Assembly: GCA_963748215.1 (NCBI GenBank)
Contig: CAVVHS010000006.1
Coordinates: 736,001-800,000, forward strand
Source: an uncultured Gammaproteobacteria bacterium
GTDB taxonomy: Bacteria > Pseudomonadota > Gammaproteobacteria > UBA9214
Length of the DNA: 64,000 bases
Reading direction: 5' to 3'
The notes under the pieces are model-generated. The model was given only the letters and a program-made list of their open reading frames with translations, had not been told where the DNA came from and did no database searches. The position numbers were made by a program, and so were the translations under genes. This document shows, in pieces, positions 60,626-64,000 of this stretch (its first letter is position 1; every line of letters starts with the position of its first letter).

Positions 60626-62008
60626 ATGTCATTTGACAATCTCGGCCTCATGGCCGAATTACTCCGTGCTGTTTCCGAACAAGGCTACAGCGAACCCACA
60701 CCGATCCAGCACCAGGCCATCCCGGTTATTCTTGCCGGACGCGATGTCCTCGCGGGCGCGCAAACCGGCACCGGCAAGACGGCCGGATTCACCCTGCCCC
60801 TGCTGCAACGCCTGTCCCGGACGCCGCCCTCCGGCAAGCGCCGCCCGGTGCGTGCGATCGTACTGACCCCGACACGCGAGCTGGCGGCCCAGGTGGGCAC
60901 CAGCGTCGCCACCTACGGTAAATACCTGCCGCTGCAATGCATGCAAATCTACGGCGGCGTCAGCATCAACCCGCAGATCGAGGCCCTGCGTCGCGGCGTC
61001 GACATCCTGGTCGCGACACCGGGACGATTGCTCGATCTGGTCGGGCAGAAGGTGCTGGATCTATCGCAGGTCGAAATCCTGGTCCTCGACGAGGCCGACC
61101 GCATGCTGGACATGGGCTTCATCCGCGATATTCGCAAGATACTCGCCCTGCTGCCCAAACAGCGCCAGAACCTGCTGTTCTCGGCGACCTGCTCCGATGA
61201 AATCAGGCAGCTGACCAACAGCCTGCTGCACAATCCCGCGGAGATCGAGGTGGCGCAGCGCAATACCGCCTGCGAACTCGTCGAGCAGGTCGTCCACCCC
61301 GTGGACCGCGAGCGCAAGCGAGAGTTGCTGTCATTCCTGATCGGCTCGCAAAACTGGCGCCAGGTGCTGGTGTTCACACGCACCAAGCACGGTGCAAACC
61401 GCCTGGCGGAGCAACTGGCGCGCGATGGCATTCAGACGGCAGCGATACACGGCAACAAGAGCCAGGCCGCGCGCACGCGTGCGCTGGCTGACTTCAAACG
61501 TGGTGCGGTGCGGGTATTGACGGCAACAGACATCGCCGCCCGCGGCCTGGACATCGACCAGTTGCCACACGTGGTGAACTACGAACTGCCGCACGTACCG
61601 GAAGATTACGTGCACCGGATCGGACGCACCGGACGCGCCGGCAACATGGGCGAGGCGGTTTCGCTGGTATGCGTGGACGAACACAAACTGTTGCGTGATA
61701 TCGAGCGCGTCGTGCAGCGCAGGATTCCCCAGGTCGTCGTCACGGGCTATGCACCCGATGCAACGATCAAGGCCGAGCCGATATTCAAGGGACGCAGCGC
61801 AGGCTCCAACACGCCACGTCGCGCAGCCAACGACAGCGGACAGCAGCGTCGCAAGCCACGCGGGCAGTCAGCCGGCGCCGGTCGTGGCAACAGCAGCGGC
61901 AACGGTAACACCGGTCGTGGCAATACCCAGGCCCGGCGCGGGCCGGCTGCCGACAATTCGGGCAATAGCCGCCCTGGCAACGCCCGACCACGGCGCAAGC
62001 AGGGATAG
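60626..62008 (+). CDS. rhlE: DEAD-box RNA helicase RhlE
   Basis: [41 protein letters not shown]; Arg/Gly-rich tail. Confidence 0.95.
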   Translation: MSFDNLGLMAELLRAVSEQGYSEPTPIQHQAIPVILAGRDVLAGAQTGTGKTAGFTLPLLQRLSRTPPSGKRRPVRAIVLTPTRELAAQVGTSVATYGKYLPLQCMQIYGGVSINPQIEALRRGVDILVATPGRLLDLVGQKVLDLSQVEILVLDEADRMLDMGFIRDIRKILALLPKQRQNLLFSATCSDEIRQLTNSLLHNPAEIEVAQRNTACELVEQVVHPVDRERKRELLSFLIGSQNWRQVLVFTRTKHGANRLAEQLARDGIQTAAIHGNKSQAARTRALADFKRGAVRVLTATDIAARGLDIDQLPHVVNYELPHVPEDYVHRIGRTGRAGNMGEAVSLVCVDEHKLLRDIERVVQRRIPQVVVTGYAPDATIKAEPIFKGRSAGSNTPRRAANDSGQQRRKPRGQSAGAGRGNSSGNGNTGRGNTQARRGPAADNSGNSRPGNARPRRKQG

Positions 62009-62337
62009 CCGGAGCCTCGGGAACCACAACGCGTCAACAGTGTGCACGGAAACCTGTGCGGTCGCGGGACAGCCCGTCTCTGGGTTCCGCTGCCGGTAAA
62101 TCTGCCGCACACAGTGCCGGTGCGAGTCTGTAGACCTGTGCAAGGTCACCGCATCGGCACGGCTCGTTCACTATCAAGACATGGAGTACGCGCGGCGCGT
62201 CGTCCTGACCCGCGGCAGCGCGAAGTGTCCTTGTTGCAGATCCGTATAGATCGGCAATGCGGGTCCAGGGGCAGCCAGGAATCGGTAATATTCGGGCATA
62301 GCCACCCTTTTCCCTTGCTACTGTCCGGAGGTGCCGG

Positions 62338-62763
62338 ATGAACAGCCGCAACATCAATCCTGTCTGGCGGGCAACGCTGCTCATCCTGTTGTTGACCGGG
62401 ATCGTCGGTTGTACCGCGTATTACCGCGAAGGCCCGCCGGTCTACAGATCGGCCTACTACCAATACCCGTACCACTACTATTATTACCCCAGCAGCCGCG
62501 TCTACTTTCATATCTCATCCGGGTACTACTATTACCCCGATGGTGACCGCTGGATCCGCATCAGGCAGCTACCACCGAAATACCACCTGGACCATCATGA
62601 TCGCGTACCGCTCTGGATCGATGCCGACAAGCCGTATTCGAGATACAGCCAGCATCGCGACAGGTACCGGCCGGACCCGCACTACAAGTCCGATAAGGCG
62701 CGTGATCCCGAGGAGCGCCGGCACAATGAGCGGCAGCACGAACGGTATCGAAACCGTCGCTAG
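62338..62763 (+). CDS. Small Tyr/His/Arg-rich lipoprotein
   Basis: RBS GGAGG; lipobox IVGC; YYYYP..VYF...G.YYY....W....LP. Confidence 0.7.
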   Translation: MNSRNINPVWRATLLILLLTGIVGCTAYYREGPPVYRSAYYQYPYHYYYYPSSRVYFHISSGYYYYPDGDRWIRIRQLPPKYHLDHHDRVPLWIDADKPYSRYSQHRDRYRPDPHYKSDKARDPEERRHNERQHERYRNRR

Positions 62764-63261
62764 GTACTGACGCCAACACCTGCCGGGTTCAAGCGGCGAT
62801 CCGGGTGGATTCCGTACCTGCTTGCAGCGAGGGTGTGACACCGGTATTCCATGGCGCGCAGCGGTGTGCCGCACCCGGCCCTGCCACCCGTCTGCCAGAA
62901 CTTTTCCTGGTAGCCAAGACTCACGAAATAGGATGAGCGGCTGTCATTAACAGTGGCATTCTCGCCATCAATCAGAGCTACCTTAAAATATACGGATATA
63001 AAATTTGTGAATGGACCTTGCGCTGCGATATCGCGGATTCAACTTTGAAGTGCAACGATTAACAAATTCATGGTGTTGAAAAACAGATAGTTAAAATAAC
63101 CCTATTTTTTAACGTGTAATCACGAGCGTGCGGCGTGCGGTAAAATGACTATTAAATGACTATTACATGACTTTACGTCTATACCATGCGGTCGGGTATT
63201 GCTATATCCTGCCGGCATGCAACTCTAGCTTAAGTCCTGCTACACAGGCACACCAGCCACA

Positions 63262-63285
63262 AAACAAACAAACAAACAAACAAAC
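63262..63285 (+). repeat. (AAAC)6 simple sequence repeat
   Basis: Six perfect AAAC units in the upstream region of the last gene. Confidence 0.9.
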
Positions 63286-63423
63286 AATCTGAAAACAGTT
63301 TTCAGATAATGTTAACTGGGTATACAACTATCAAGAAGACATCACGTAATAATAATTAATTGAAACTGCTTCCTTGCGACGGACCGCGAGCAACGCTGCC
63401 GAGCCGGCAAGAGAAGACCGCAC

Positions 63424-64000
63424 ATGTATTTACGAAAGCTGTTGATTGGCATCATCACCCTGTTTGCCTGCAGTAACGCCATGGCCCTACGCGATGACGT
63501 ACTGATCATTGTCAACGACAACTCGGTGGATTCGCCCCAGCTGGGGACCTATTACGCCCAGCAGCGTGACATCGATCCCGCCAACATCGTGCATGTGCGC
63601 GTGCCTGCCGGTTACTTCATCGGCTGGGACGACTTTCGCCGCCTGCGCGATCAGCTCATCGACTTCATGCAGCGCAACACGCTGGACGACCCGACCCTGA
63701 CACCGGCGGTGTGTGTGGATGGCGAGCCGCCGTATTATTGCCCGGCGGCCGTGGAGCAGTTGCGCGCTCACAGCAGGATCCGCTACCTGGTCACCACGCG
63801 CGGGGTGCCGACCCGGATGGTGGTAGACGGCTCCACCCTGTTCGATGCGACCGCGCCGACCTCGGTGGACAACTACCTCAAGTACTGGCTGCTCAATTAC
63901 TTTACCGAGGACACGCGGCTCACGTTTAACGAGCGCGAGGTGGCGTTTGGCGATGGCCGCGGCATGCGCACCGTATTGCCGGCCACCGACCGGGAACTGA
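63424..64000 (+). CDS. TIGR03790-like secreted protein (runs off the right edge of the window)
   Basis: Hand translation: MYLRKLLIGIITLFACSNAMALRDDVLIIVNDNSVDSPQLGTYYAQQRDIDPANIVHV...IRYLVTTRGVP...SVDNYL. Open to the window end and absent from the ORF track. Confidence 0.75.
   Translation, partial: MYLRKLLIGIITLFACSNAMALRDDVLIIVNDNSVDSPQLGTYYAQQRDIDPANIVHVRVPAGYFIGWDDFRRLRDQLIDFMQRNTLDDPTLTPAVCVDGEPPYYCPAAVEQLRAHSRIRYLVTTRGVPTRMVVDGSTLFDATAPTSVDNYLKYWLLNYFTEDTRLTFNEREVAFGDGRGMRTVLPATDREL

Overview
GC-rich bacterial window; the gene content points to a gammaproteobacterium, and scattered indels suggest a draft or long-read assembly. Positions 1-3.8 kb hold type II secretion genes (partial GspL/PilN-like gene and a lipoprotein secretin GspD). 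From about 4.3 to 51.5 kb lies a cluster of secreted metallo-redox proteins resembling an expanded Mn(II)-oxidation locus. It has three multicopper oxidases (McoA-like, MnxG-like, CotA/MofA-like), a di-heme cytochrome c peroxidase-family protein, four SCO copper chaperones (two fused to cytochrome c), a beta-propeller, several PPIases, two uncharacterised secreted families in 2 and 3 copies, and VPLPA-CTERM surface proteins. Six sigma54-type promoters lie upstream of its transcription units. The main finding is that seven secreted proteins from six different families carry the same TSP3 plus dockerin-like module (DxNxNGIVDP[T/S]DFxxxK twice). This suggests a cellulosome-like assembly of oxidases, which is inference: no cohesin is recognisable in the window. 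A conserved hairpin follows five of the tagged genes, and shared promoter and leader motifs recur across the cluster. The McoA-like and MnxG-like genes are broken by frameshifts that may be real or assembly errors. The rest of the window holds CusBA, a third FKBP, a cold-shock group (Csp, RRM protein, desaturase, RhlE) and a partial TIGR03790-like gene.
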